Assembly (NCBI GenBank): GCA_963755715.1
Contig: CAVWLW010000004.1
Span: 10,554-74,553 of the forward strand
DNA: 64,000 bases
Direction: 5' to 3'
Source of the DNA: an uncultured delta proteobacterium
GTDB taxonomy: Bacteria; Desulfobacterota; Binatia; UBA9968
The notes under the pieces are model-generated. The model saw nothing but the letters and a program-made list of their open reading frames with translations, made no database searches and had not been told where the DNA came from. The first letter of the stretch is position 1. Every line of letters starts with the position of its first letter. Made by a program: the position numbers and the translations under genes. Positions 10,943 through 20,970 of the stretch are shown here, in pieces.

Positions 10943-12184
10943 CTACTTTTCTTGGCCCGCCCAAAGGCGCTTGTCGTAATCAGCCACGGAAGGCACCGCG
11001 GCGAGCCAGATGCAGATATCCGAAACCGACAGCACCAACGCCGACAAGCCGAAGGAAACCAAGTAGCTCCCGGTCCAGTCGTAAAACGCGCCACCGAGCC
11101 AGGAGCCGAGCGCGCCGCCGACCCCGACCGCGACGGTCGAATAACCGAGAATCGACCCGAAACCTTTGCCGGAAAAAATATCCGCGGTGAGCGCGGAAAA
11201 AATGACCGCGCGCGAGCCGAAGCCGATGCCGAAAAAAATCACGTAGACGTAAAGCAACCAGGTTTGACTCGGATTGCTGAGAACCATCAGCGCGCTTACG
11301 CCGACGACGGTCATCGCGATGTTGAGCGTGTAGGCCGCCTGCTTGGACAAGCGATCGGCGATGAAGCCGAAAATTACCCGGCCGAAGCTGCTCGTAATCC
11401 CGGCCAGTCCGAAAATCGAAGCCGACAAGAGCTTGCTAAATCCGACATCGACCACGTGCGCCACCTGATGCGTCACAATCACCGTCGTGCCCGCGGCCGC
11501 GGCAATGCGCGCGATAAACAAGAGCCAGAACTGAAGACTTTGCAGCGCCAGGCGCGCCGTCCATTGATTTTTATCGGCTCTCTTTTCGGCGCGGTGACGC
11601 ACATGTTCGCCGTACGGTCCATGCTGATAAAAAATCCAGACGACCGGCAGAAGCCCGACCAAAACGATCGCGCCGTAGATTTCAAAGGCGCGGGCCCAGC
11701 CGTAATTTGAGGTCAGCCATTGGCTCAGCGGAGCAAGCAGCATGATGCCGAGCCCGGTGCCTGCGTAAACGAAACCAATCGCCGATGCCCGATTCGAGGA
11801 GAACCACTCGGAGACCAAAAACACATGCGGCACCATGCCGGTGAAAGTGAAACCAACGGCAAGAATGATTCCGAAGCAGATGTAAAGCTGCCAGAGGGCC
11901 GACACCTGGCTGCTCAGAAAAAGCCCGAGCACCAGCGCAACGCAACCGGCAATGGAAATCTTCTTGGTGCCATAACGGTCCAGCAGGTAGCCGACCAGCG
12001 GCGACAGAACCGCATCGACGGTGAGCACGATGGAAAAAATCCCCGCCGTCGCGCCGCGGCTCCAGCCGAATGTGTCCAGCAATGCGACATTGAAAACGCC
12101 GAAGGAAGAATGAATCCCGCGAGAAAATCCAAGAACAACAAAAGCAAGTGAAGCGATGAACCAGGGTGTCCGAGAAAAACGCAT
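10943..12184 (-). CDS. MFS transporter (MCT/OFA-like)
   Basis: About 12 hydrophobic segments; motif A GYLLDRYG and FGFIADRL. Confidence 0.9.
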   Translation of the reverse strand: MRFSRTPWFIASLAFVVLGFSRGIHSSFGVFNVALLDTFGWSRGATAGIFSIVLTVDAVLSPLVGYLLDRYGTKKISIAGCVALVLGLFLSSQVSALWQLYICFGIILAVGFTFTGMVPHVFLVSEWFSSNRASAIGFVYAGTGLGIMLLAPLSQWLTSNYGWARAFEIYGAIVLVGLLPVVWIFYQHGPYGEHVRHRAEKRADKNQWTARLALQSLQFWLLFIARIAAAAGTTVIVTHQVAHVVDVGFSKLLSASIFGLAGITSSFGRVIFGFIADRLSKQAAYTLNIAMTVVGVSALMVLSNPSQTWLLYVYVIFFGIGFGSRAVIFSALTADIFSGKGFGSILGYSTVAVGVGGALGSWLGGAFYDWTGSYLVSFGLSALVLSVSDICIWLAAVPSVADYDKRLWAGQEK

Positions 12185-12348
12185 GGTAAAAAAGACATCC
12201 TCTCATTAACAGAGAGCCGGAAGAGGCACAAGCAAGGAAAATTTCTCGCGCTCCGCCGGCGAATGCGCACGAAAAAACGCCCGCGGATTGAGAGCAATCG
12301 ATGGTAAACTTGTCTTTTCGCCGGCCTGCGCTTATCTTAGGATCTTCC

Positions 12349-13191
12349 ATGAAACTTTCTCGCTGCACGATCACGCTCTTGTTCGTTGCCGCCTGCGCCA
12401 GCTTAACCATGGATAGCGAATTTCTTTCCGGGCGCCGGGCGTTGTTGCGCGGCGAACCCGACAACGCGCTGGCCTTCTTCGATCGCGTCGCTCAAAGTAA
12501 TCCCGGCTTTGTCGCCGATTCCGTTTCGCCGCGACACAGCATCTGGACTTACGTCGGCCGCGCCCATTACAACGCAGGCAGATATGCGGAGGCGCGTTCG
12601 GCATTTGAAAAAGCCCTCCGCCAAGTCAGCGATGATTATGTCGCGCAAATGTATCTCGGTCTAACCCGTCTGCGTCCGACAGCACCGGTCGCGCCGTCTA
12701 AGGCGTTTAGCCTGCAAGAAGTGACCTATGCCTTGCGCGAAGGCATTGAGCCCAAGAGGATCGCGACCTTGGCGCGCGAGCGCGGCGTCGCCTTTGATTT
12801 GACCAAAGAAACCGAGAGTCAGCTGCAAACCGCCGGCGCGGACGGCTTACTCTTAGGTGAGCTTAAAAAAATTCGCGCCGAGAGCGGCAAACAGAACCAG
12901 GTGAGCGACAGTCAACGGACGCAAGCCGGCAAAGAGGTGGGCGACGCTCTCAACGGTTTGCGCGAGTGGCTTGACTACACGGTTGCGTACGCGCCGCAGG
13001 GTAGATTCTGGGACCCGGGGCAGAATATCCGCAAGCAGATTCAACTCTGCCTTAAACTGCTGTCGGCCCGACCCACCGATTGGGATACGCTCGTCACCAA
13101 CGCCGAATCGGTCGGCTCGATGCTCGAGGACGAGAACGATCGGGCGCGCCGCGATGAAAGCGCGGACCGGAACCGCCAGCTCCAGCGCTGA
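12349..13191 (+). CDS. TPR-containing lipoprotein
   Basis: MKLSRCTITLLFVAAC lipobox; TPR-like GRAHYNAGRYAEARSAFEKAL. Confidence 0.7.
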   Translation: MKLSRCTITLLFVAACASLTMDSEFLSGRRALLRGEPDNALAFFDRVAQSNPGFVADSVSPRHSIWTYVGRAHYNAGRYAEARSAFEKALRQVSDDYVAQMYLGLTRLRPTAPVAPSKAFSLQEVTYALREGIEPKRIATLARERGVAFDLTKETESQLQTAGADGLLLGELKKIRAESGKQNQVSDSQRTQAGKEVGDALNGLREWLDYTVAYAPQGRFWDPGQNIRKQIQLCLKLLSARPTDWDTLVTNAESVGSMLEDENDRARRDESADRNRQLQR

Positions 13192-13221
13192 CGGCGCTCT
13201 GGGTTTGATTTCAAATCGCGA

Positions 13222-14661
13222 TCAGCAATTTGGCTTGTTACCGAGCACCCGTTCGGCGTTGCAGGCGCGCTTGGTTTGGTCGATCTCTTTGCGTATTTCG
13301 TCGTTCAGCGCATCCATGGCCTTCGCCCTTTCCAGTTCCGCGAGCGCCGCGGCGTAATTTCCTTCCTCGCGATACGATGCAGCACGATTGATGTGCGCCA
13401 CGATCCGCGCTTTCGCCTGCTCGGTCACGGCGGGCGCCCGGGGCGGCGGCGCTTCGAGGGGCTTGGCCGGTTGCACCGCGGGCGGCGCGATCTTTGGCGC
13501 TTCTTTGACGACAACGGTGAGCGGCGTGCTGTGCAGTTCGCCTGCGCGCGCGATTATTTCTACCTTGCCCGGACGGCGCGCCTCCAACTCGCCGTCGCGA
13601 TTGACCGAGGCGATCGACTGATCGCTGATCTGCCATTCGAATCCACTCGCAAGATTTTGCTCGGTGTTATCCGAGTAGCGCCCGCGCACGCGAATCGCCG
13701 TTTTCTCTCTCGTCAATAATTCTCTGCTGCTCGAGCTGACGCGTAAAGCGACCAGCCTTACCGCCGGAGCCGGCTTGGCCTCGGTTTCCGCCGCCTTGAC
13801 GCTGACGGTCCATCCGGCGCTCGCCACGCCGCCGATTTTTGCTTTGATGTCGCTGCTTCCGGCTTTGATCCCTTTGACCTCGCCGTCTGCGCTGACCACC
13901 GCCACCTGCGGCGCGCTGCTCGACCATTCGATGCCGTCCTTAATCTGCGTTTGCGTACCGTCGGAATATTTTCCGCTGAGCGCGAGCCGCATCGTTTCCG
14001 CTGGTTTGAGTTCTTTTCCCGCGCCGTCGATCACCACGCTGACCAAGCTCGGCGCCGGCGGCTTTTCTGATTTTTCATTGGCCGGCGGCTTGAGATCTGG
14101 TTGGCGAGAATTCGGCCACAATTGCCATGCGGCCCAAACGGCGACGACGATCCCGAGGGCTGCGAAAATGGCTTTCTGTCTTTGGCCAACGCTTGTAGGA
14201 CTCGAATTTCTATCGGTTCGTCGAACTTCGATATCATCGTTGTTTGGCCGAACCGGCTTGTCGGGTGCGCCGCCTAGCACCGATTTAAGATCGGCCAGGA
14301 ATAACTGCGCGGCCGGATCGTCGATGGATCCGTCCCACTTCGTCAGGTCAGCCGCTTGAATAGCGCGAAACCCGATAGGCGGTTCCACTCGCTGTATCAA
14401 AACCGGAACAATCATCTTGCCCAATCGGCGCGCTTCCTCCGCCTCTTCGGCGACCCATGGGCTTTGCACCGAATTTTCCGACCAGAGGACGACCATGCAG
14501 CGCATCTCGCGAAGCGCGTCTTCGAGCACGACTCGCCAGGTGCGTCCCGCGGGAATACGTCGATCCCACCACACGCGCCAGCCTGCGGTTTCGAGCGTGC
14601 GCGCAAGTTGCGCCGCCGATTCGCGGTCTTCGTTGGCGTAGCTTATGAAAATATCCGCCAT
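13222..14661 (-). CDS. TIR-domain membrane protein with two Big_2 Ig-like domains and a C-terminal TPR-like helix pair
   Basis: MADIFISYA...VWWD...SPWVAEE TIR_2; TM AIFAALGIVVAVWAAW; two G.YSD.T...W.SS...A.V..DG repeats. Start moved to 14661. Confidence 0.85.
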   Translation of the reverse strand: MADIFISYANEDRESAAQLARTLETAGWRVWWDRRIPAGRTWRVVLEDALREMRCMVVLWSENSVQSPWVAEEAEEARRLGKMIVPVLIQRVEPPIGFRAIQAADLTKWDGSIDDPAAQLFLADLKSVLGGAPDKPVRPNNDDIEVRRTDRNSSPTSVGQRQKAIFAALGIVVAVWAAWQLWPNSRQPDLKPPANEKSEKPPAPSLVSVVIDGAGKELKPAETMRLALSGKYSDGTQTQIKDGIEWSSSAPQVAVVSADGEVKGIKAGSSDIKAKIGGVASAGWTVSVKAAETEAKPAPAVRLVALRVSSSSRELLTREKTAIRVRGRYSDNTEQNLASGFEWQISDQSIASVNRDGELEARRPGKVEIIARAGELHSTPLTVVVKEAPKIAPPAVQPAKPLEAPPPRAPAVTEQAKARIVAHINRAASYREEGNYAAALAELERAKAMDALNDEIRKEIDQTKRACNAERVLGNKPNC

Positions 14662-14918
14662 CAGATAAACTCTCCGACCGAGACTCACATGGGAATAAGC
14701 ACAGCAGCGATGTCTGAACGGCGTGATTTTAGCAAATCCTGGGCAAATTGTAATTGGAAAATCACGGCCGGATAGGCTCCTTTCGAGCGAATCGCTCGGA
14801 GCAAGCGCCATCGCATGATAATTATCCGCGCGCCGACAATTGACGCTAGCGATAATTTGACCCGATGCCGAGAACGGTGATAAGCCTCGGTCATCGATCA
14901 CCTTCCAAGGAGATTTCG

Positions 14919-16400
14919 ATGGCAAATTCAAGTTTGCAAACCGATGTGGTCATCATTGGCGGCGGCGGCGCGGGCATACCCGCGGCGATCGAAGTCGATA
15001 AGATCGGCGGCAAGGCCATCGTCCTAGAGGCGGCGGCGGAGTGCGGTGGCACCGCGGCGATCTCCGGCGGCGGCTGCTGTATCGTCGGCACGCCTTTGCA
15101 AAAATCTCAGGGAATCGAAGACACGCCGGATCTCGCCTTCGAAGATTGGGTCAAGTGGGGCGGCGGCGCTGCCGACGAAATTTGGGCGCGCTTTTATCTC
15201 GAACATACATTGCATGATCTTTATCACTGGGCCGAGAGCTGCGGCGCGAAATGGGTCGATATGAAATTTCAGGAAGGCAATCGCGTGCTGCGCTGGCACC
15301 GGCCGGATAACAATGGTCTTGGCTTGATGACCGCGCTGATCAAAACCGCGCAAGCGCTGCCGAATGTCACGATCCTGACCTCGACCAAAGCAGGCAAACT
15401 ACTGACGCAGGATGGCCGTGTCTGCGGCGTCACTGCGACGAGGAACGGTGAATCTTTTGAAATCCACGGTAAAGCCGTGGTCGTCGCTACCGGGGGATTC
15501 AACTCGAACCTCGACATGGTCTTGGAACATCGTCCCGAATTTAAAAAATTTAAAGTGATGGAAGGATCGGGATTCGGCGCCAAGGGCGAAGGCCACCAGA
15601 TGGTCAAAGAGCTCGGCGGCTACTTCACCCACATGGACAACATCTGGTTTTACGTCTATGCCACGCCGGATTATCGTGATCCGCAACAAAGACGCGGCTT
15701 GGTTTTCCGCATGGTGCCTGGCTATATTTGGTTTAATCAGCAGGGCCGCCGCTTTCATAACGAATCGCTCACCGGCGGCGCTTCGGCGACGCCGGCATTG
15801 CTACGACAAAGTCCGCCCCACGCCTGGGCGCTCGCCGACACGCCGATGTTGGCGAAGATCGACGTTGCTGATCCCTATTACCGTCGCGGCGATGTGATCG
15901 ATCGGAGCAAAGTCGAGGAGCTGTTGAACAATTCGCCGTTCATCAAGAAAGCCGATAGCCTCGAAGAGCTCGGCAAAAAAACAGGTGTTGAGGACATAAA
16001 TAATTTTCTTGCCGAAGTCGAGGACTACAATAAGTGCTTCGACGCCGGGCTGGAAAAGGAGCCAAGATTCGGCAAGTCGCTGAAGCTCTCGAAGAAATTC
16101 GACACACCCCCGTACTACGCGATCCAAATCTTTCCGTTGGCGCGAAAAAATTTCGGCGGCGTCAAAACCGATTTGCATTGCCGCGTGCTCAATAAATATT
16201 TCGAGCCGATTCCCGGCTTATATGCGGCCGGTGAAGTCGCGGGCATGGCCGGCGGCCACATCAACGGCAAAGCGGGTCTGGAGGGCACGATGCTCGGTCC
16301 GTCGATCTTCAGCGGCCGAGTCGCCGGCGCTTGGGCCGCCAACGAAGCCGGCTTCGGTACGGGCTTTATCGGCAAACCGAATCGGCCCGAGCTGGATTGA
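14919..16400 (+). CDS. FAD-dependent oxidoreductase (FAD_binding_2; fumarate reductase/KstD-like), substrate unknown
   Basis: GGGGAG, ISGGG, ATGGF, IPGLYAAGE; AAGGAG RBS before ATG 14919. Confidence 0.85.
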   Translation: MANSSLQTDVVIIGGGGAGIPAAIEVDKIGGKAIVLEAAAECGGTAAISGGGCCIVGTPLQKSQGIEDTPDLAFEDWVKWGGGAADEIWARFYLEHTLHDLYHWAESCGAKWVDMKFQEGNRVLRWHRPDNNGLGLMTALIKTAQALPNVTILTSTKAGKLLTQDGRVCGVTATRNGESFEIHGKAVVVATGGFNSNLDMVLEHRPEFKKFKVMEGSGFGAKGEGHQMVKELGGYFTHMDNIWFYVYATPDYRDPQQRRGLVFRMVPGYIWFNQQGRRFHNESLTGGASATPALLRQSPPHAWALADTPMLAKIDVADPYYRRGDVIDRSKVEELLNNSPFIKKADSLEELGKKTGVEDINNFLAEVEDYNKCFDAGLEKEPRFGKSLKLSKKFDTPPYYAIQIFPLARKNFGGVKTDLHCRVLNKYFEPIPGLYAAGEVAGMAGGHINGKAGLEGTMLGPSIFSGRVAGAWAANEAGFGTGFIGKPNRPELD

Positions 16401-16431
16401 AAAATACTTCCGTCGTCATCATCGGCCACTG

Positions 16432-16512
16432 GATTGAACGATTTGAACGAATGGAACTACTGGACGCGAAGTTTCAAAAACATTGAATGCTTGAACCTTG
16501 AACTTTTGAACG
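16432..16512. repeat. Degenerate TTGAAC/TGGAAC short tandem repeats
   Basis: ggattgaacgatttgaacgaatggaac and ttgaaccttgaacttttgaacg at the junction of two convergent genes. Confidence 0.4.
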
Positions 16513-17331
16513 AGGCAGCGGGCGAGCAGGCCGGCTCCTTCGCCCGGAATTGACCCTCTTCTCTACTTCTACGTGCCGTCTGAGACTTACGATATCAAAC
16601 GCGCGCACAGGGCGGACGAAGCCTTTTAGATGCAGCTCTTCCAACGGCTCGGCCTGCACCAAGTTATCGATCTGAGTCAGCGTCTTCTGATCGGTAAGAA
16701 TCTGTCCGCCTTTGGCCGCTCCGCAAAGACGAGAGGCAAGGTTGGTGACGTTGCCCACCGCGCTGTAGTCCAGTTGACCCTCAAACCCGATATTACCCAC
16801 GGCCGCATACCCAGCCGCCAATCCTATACCTAAATCCAGGTCGTATCCTTTTTGGAGCCATCCCGTGCGCAGTTCCTTTACTCGATCGCGCATTCCCATA
16901 CTCAAACGCACGGCCTTCTCTGTATGGTCCTGGCAGGGTACGGGGTCATTGAAAAAAACCATCAGTCCGTCCGCAACAAAGTGCTCGACGGTTCCCCCGA
17001 ATTTAAAGATCAGCTTGCCCATTTCCGCGTGGTAGCTTCTCAATAGTGCTATAACCTCTTCGGGTTCAGCGCTGTCTGAAAAGGCTGTGAAGCCACGTAA
17101 GTCCAGGAAAATAGCCGTGATCTCTCGCCGATGGCTTTTGAAAGGGTCAGGGTCGTCGCTCTTCAGAATATAATCGGCCAACTGGGGAGAAAGATAACGC
17201 TTGAGTCGGCTCATGCGCTCAATCAAATCCGTCTGCTGGCTGACTTTCTTAATCAAGCTCCGATTTAACTCCTGCAGGGCCTCGAAGGGTTTAATTGCCT
17301 GCACATCGATCTCTGCGGTTGAGCCTTTCAT
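16474..17331 (-). CDS. Class III nucleotidyl cyclase with only a signalling helix, no sensor domain
   Basis: FLDLRGFT, EHFVADG, GIGL..G, DYSAVGNVTNLASRL, LKG; AGGAGG RBS. Confidence 0.9.
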   Translation of the reverse strand: MKGSTAEIDVQAIKPFEALQELNRSLIKKVSQQTDLIERMSRLKRYLSPQLADYILKSDDPDPFKSHRREITAIFLDLRGFTAFSDSAEPEEVIALLRSYHAEMGKLIFKFGGTVEHFVADGLMVFFNDPVPCQDHTEKAVRLSMGMRDRVKELRTGWLQKGYDLDLGIGLAAGYAAVGNIGFEGQLDYSAVGNVTNLASRLCGAAKGGQILTDQKTLTQIDNLVQAEPLEELHLKGFVRPVRAFDIVSLRRHVEVEKRVNSGRRSRPARPLPRSKVQGSSIQCF

Positions 17332-17393
17332 CTTATCCTCCTGCTTTTTCAGCTGTAATCGGCACGGCGAGATGTTTGTTACCCAACGCTAAC

Positions 17394-17408
17394 GCAGGTG
17401 TTGTGCCA
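17394..17408 (-). promoter_or_regulatory. Sigma54 (-24/-12) promoter of the cyclase gene
   Basis: TGGCAC-AACAC-CTGC on the minus strand with correct GG/GC spacing, about 60 bp above the ATG. Confidence 0.75.
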
Positions 17409-17505
17409 ACCGACAAAACGCTGACGGATGTCAACTAAGATGCTAATTCGACGGGCGAATTTGGACGGGCGAATCTAGATCAAGCCTTCAGGAAGGGGCC
17501 GAATA

Positions 17506-17519
17506 TATCTTTAAGGATA
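17506..17519. promoter_or_regulatory. Candidate enhancer (UAS) for the NtrC-type activator
   Basis: Near-palindrome TATCTTTAAGGATA about 100 bp upstream of -24; also a GACGGGCGAAT direct repeat at 17450-17460 and 17464-17474. Confidence 0.4.
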
Positions 17520-17539
17520 CTCTACGTGAAAAAAAGTAT

Positions 17540-18892
17540 TCAGCTGATGCGCAGCGTCTTGATCAGCCTGGATAGATAGGTTCGCTGAAGGCCCAAGGCC
17601 TTGGCCGCAGCGGCACGGTTTCCTTGGGTTTCGGCGAGCGCCTTCAGAATCAACTGTCGTCTGTAAGCCCCAACGTTCTCGTTGTACGATGAGCCAACTG
17701 AAGGTGCAGTTGAAGGCGTGGAAGCAATTGTGGCGGGAAGCTCGTCTAGGCTTATCTTTGGACCGCGACCCAAGACAACCGCCCGCTCAATTACATTGGC
17801 GAGCTCGCGCACGTTGCCCGGCCAATCATGGGCGATCAATTTGTCCAGAGCATCTTGGTTGATCCCGTTAAAATTCTTCTTCGTTTCCAGAGAAAACCGC
17901 GTCATGAAAAAATCGACAAGGTCAGGCACATCTTCCCGTCTCTCCCTCAACGAAGGAAGCGAAATGGGAATTACGTTGAGACGGTAATAAAGATCCGAGC
18001 GGAAGCGTCCGTCTTTCACCGCTTCATCCAGGTCGCGATTCGTCGCCGCGATGACTTTCACGTCGACCTGGACGGGTTTCATCCCTCCCACGCGCTCAAA
18101 CTCTCGCTCCTGGAGAAACCTCAGGAGCTTGGTCTGAATTTCGGCGGAAATATCGCCGATCTCATCGAGGAAGATCGTTCCACCATGAGATAACTCGATT
18201 TTTCCTTTCTTGAGTTGATGAGCGCCAGTAAAGGCGCCTTTTTCATGTCCGAACAGTTCACTCTCGAGGAGTTCTCTCGATAGACCGACACAATTGATGG
18301 CCACAAACGGCTCAGCTTTCCTGTCGCTCCAATTGTGAATGGCATGAGCAAAAATCTCCTTGCCGGTTCCGCTTTCACCAAGGAGTAAGACGGTGGACCT
18401 GCTGCTCGCTGCCTTCTTTGCCAAATCTATGGCCTCATTCATCCTGGCACTCTTGCCGGCGATCAAGCGGTAGCGCTCTCCCATTTGTCCGGATAGAACC
18501 TCTACCCCTCGTTTGAGCTTTTCGCGCTCCAACGCTTTCTGCACAATGAGGGCAACATGATCGGGCTCAAAAGGTTTAGGTATGAAATCGTAGGCACCTT
18601 CTTTCATCGCCTCGACCGCGCGTTCGATCGTGCCGTAGGCCGTAATCATAACAACGGTGATATCCAGTTCTCTTTTCCGAATTTCCTTGAGAACTTCGAG
18701 CCCGCTCATCGCAGGCATCTCGATGTCCAGCAAAACGACCTGCGGGTTTTGTTTTTCCAGAAGTTCTAAGCCTTCTGCGCCGGTAGCGGCTAGCAGCACT
18801 CGGTAACCAAGGGATTCCAGACGGTCTTTTAGGACCTCGCGGATATCCGGGTCATCATCCACTACAAGGATGTTCTCATTAAAGGACTTCAT
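17540..18892 (-). CDS. Sigma54-dependent response regulator (NtrC/AtoC family)
   Basis: REC (LLDIEMP), GESGTGKE, GAFTGA, FLDEIGD, WPGNVREL, Fis HTH. Start MKSFNEN at 18892. Confidence 0.95.
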   Translation of the reverse strand: MKSFNENILVVDDDPDIREVLKDRLESLGYRVLLAATGAEGLELLEKQNPQVVLLDIEMPAMSGLEVLKEIRKRELDITVVMITAYGTIERAVEAMKEGAYDFIPKPFEPDHVALIVQKALEREKLKRGVEVLSGQMGERYRLIAGKSARMNEAIDLAKKAASSRSTVLLLGESGTGKEIFAHAIHNWSDRKAEPFVAINCVGLSRELLESELFGHEKGAFTGAHQLKKGKIELSHGGTIFLDEIGDISAEIQTKLLRFLQEREFERVGGMKPVQVDVKVIAATNRDLDEAVKDGRFRSDLYYRLNVIPISLPSLRERREDVPDLVDFFMTRFSLETKKNFNGINQDALDKLIAHDWPGNVRELANVIERAVVLGRGPKISLDELPATIASTPSTAPSVGSSYNENVGAYRRQLILKALAETQGNRAAAAKALGLQRTYLSRLIKTLRIS

Positions 18893-18902
18893 ACCAATCA
18901 CG

Positions 18903-19277
18903 CTAGAGGACGATGTTATAGACTTTCTCGATTTTGGCCTTGAGCTCTTCCCACGCAAAGGGCTTTAGAACGTATTCATTGGCGCCTTTGGCAATAGCCT
19001 CAATGGCGGCATCTCGAGTGGAAGATGCAGTGATAATTATGACCGGGATCTGCTTATCCGTTTTACGAATTTCCTCCAGCGCTTCAATCCCGCCCATCTC
19101 AGGCATCTTGACGTCTAGAAAAATCCCATCGAACTTCTCTACGGAAAGTTTTTTGAGCGCTTCAAGGCCCGTCCCGGCGGTAGTCACCGTGAAGCCATAC
19201 GCTTCCAGTCGGTCCTGAATCACCTCAACAATGTCTTCCTCGTCGTCGACGAGGAGAACCCTGCGTGCCATGCGCAT
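18903..19277 (-). CDS. Single-domain response regulator
   Basis: LVDDE, FLDVKMP, IITA, KPF. Confidence 0.92.
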   Translation of the reverse strand: MRMARRVLLVDDEEDIVEVIQDRLEAYGFTVTTAGTGLEALKKLSVEKFDGIFLDVKMPEMGGIEALEEIRKTDKQIPVIIITASSTRDAAIEAIAKGANEYVLKPFAWEELKAKIEKVYNIVL

Positions 19278-19282
19278 CTCCG

Positions 19283-20965
19283 TTAATGCAAGGGTAAATT
19301 AAATTTCAGTGGCTGCTCTGCCGGAAGGATAAAGGAGAAGATGCTTCCTTTGCCGACTTCACTCTCCAGCCAGATTTTTCCTCCGTGCATTTCCACGAGG
19401 GCTTTAGTAATGGATAAACCAAGGCCTGTTCCCATCGCCTTTTGCTTTTCCGGCTGCGTAACTTGGTAGAACTTATCGAAGATCCTATTTGCTTCATCGG
19501 AAGGAATACCAGGACCAGTGTCCGCCACGGAGATCTTCACCCATTCATTGCCACTTCGCTTGAGGCACAGAGTTACTTTGCCGTTTGTAGGGGTAAACTT
19601 GATCGCGTTGCCAATAAGATTGGTTAAAACCTCCACGATCCTGTCTGGGTCGGCCCACGCTGTGAGATTAACCTCCGGACATTCGATTTCGAAACTGATG
19701 AGTTTTTCCGCAGCCACAGATCCGAGGCTTTCGACAACTTCCCTGGCCACTGTCGGCAAAGATAAATTCGTCCGTTTGAGTTTGATACCTGCTTCGATTC
19801 TCGAGAGATCGAGGAGGTCATTGATCAGTCGCGCTAAACGATCCGCATTCGACTTGACGCGCACTAGGTAACGATTCTGCTTTTCGTTTAAGTCACCTGT
19901 CAAACCGTCCAGCATATTGTCAACTGAACCTTTGATAGCGGTAAGTGGGGTCCTCAACTCGTGAGAAACATTCGAAACAAAATCCGATTTCAGCTTGTCT
20001 AGCTCTTTAAGTCTCCGCTCATAGCGTTTTTTTTCCGTGACGTCTTTGGCAACACGCAAAAAGCCAACAATCTTACCGTCAACGTCGGTGATGGGAGACA
20101 CCGATAGGGATAAATAGATTGCAGCTCCGCCTTTTCTTTTGCCCTCTACTTCGATGTCTCGAAGAGCGCCGGAAAGTTCCACTTTGGCGCGCATCTCAGC
20201 AAGTTCGTGTACGCGCGATGGCGGCAACAGAATTGAAAGGTGTTTGCCGATCACTTCTTCTTTGCTGTAACCTAATGTGAGTTCGGCCCCGCGGTTCCAA
20301 GTAAGAATTTGATCTTCCAAATCCGTGGAAAGAATTATGTCGGCGGCGTTTTCGACCAGGTTTTCGATATAGGCCTTGCCACGATGGACCTCGTTATATA
20401 GCTGAGCATTTTCCAACGCCATGCCAAGCTGAGCCCCAAAGGTCTGCAAAAGACTAATTTTCTCTGTCGAAAACTTGCGGAGTTTACGGCTGCCAACGGC
20501 AAGGGTTCCCAGAACCGTTTTTTTCTTGGAAATAATGGGAATATAAGCTGCAGAGATTACACCCTGTTTCTCCATAGTCCTGTTCTTGAACGTTGTATCC
20601 TTCCGGACATCAGGAGAAATATAAGGCTTCTGCGTTTCAAATAGAATGTTGGCTACATGGCGCCGGGAGCGGTCTGCTAGGTCAATTGAACCGGATGACA
20701 ATGAAGTCAATCCCTTTGAAACCCGCCCGACCATCGTCCTTTTATCGGGATCCAGGATGCGGATATAGCCGACGTCAAATCCCAAAACTTCTAACGACTT
20801 GTCCAGCGTATCAGTTAAGATTTTTTCCGTACTGAGGGATTGAGCAGCGGTATCCGCTATTGCTAAGAGAGCCCTGAGATGTCCGATGCGATTCTTTGGG
20901 CGCCGTGTGCGACCTAATGGAAGAACTTTAGTGGCTGGGCTGCGTTTAATTTTGCCATGTCGCAT
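19283..20965 (-). CDS. Cytoplasmic GAF-PAS histidine kinase
   Basis: GAF, PAS (WNRGAE..LGYSKEEVIG), SHELRTPL, NLIGNAIKFT, DTGPGI, GTGLGL; no TM segment. Confidence 0.93.
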   Translation of the reverse strand: MRHGKIKRSPATKVLPLGRTRRPKNRIGHLRALLAIADTAAQSLSTEKILTDTLDKSLEVLGFDVGYIRILDPDKRTMVGRVSKGLTSLSSGSIDLADRSRRHVANILFETQKPYISPDVRKDTTFKNRTMEKQGVISAAYIPIISKKKTVLGTLAVGSRKLRKFSTEKISLLQTFGAQLGMALENAQLYNEVHRGKAYIENLVENAADIILSTDLEDQILTWNRGAELTLGYSKEEVIGKHLSILLPPSRVHELAEMRAKVELSGALRDIEVEGKRKGGAAIYLSLSVSPITDVDGKIVGFLRVAKDVTEKKRYERRLKELDKLKSDFVSNVSHELRTPLTAIKGSVDNMLDGLTGDLNEKQNRYLVRVKSNADRLARLINDLLDLSRIEAGIKLKRTNLSLPTVAREVVESLGSVAAEKLISFEIECPEVNLTAWADPDRIVEVLTNLIGNAIKFTPTNGKVTLCLKRSGNEWVKISVADTGPGIPSDEANRIFDKFYQVTQPEKQKAMGTGLGLSITKALVEMHGGKIWLESEVGKGSIFSFILPAEQPLKFNLPLH

Positions 20966-20970
20966 TTACG

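Noticed and set aside
14817-14826. GATAATTATC palindrome as a Fur box
   Set aside because: Only 10 bp, does not extend to a 19-bp box, and the flanking genes are not iron-related.
16474-17331. Pycsar/CBASS defence cyclase
   Set aside because: No adjacent cNMP-binding effector; the nearby TIR protein has no cNMP-binding domain; the context is sigma54 signalling.
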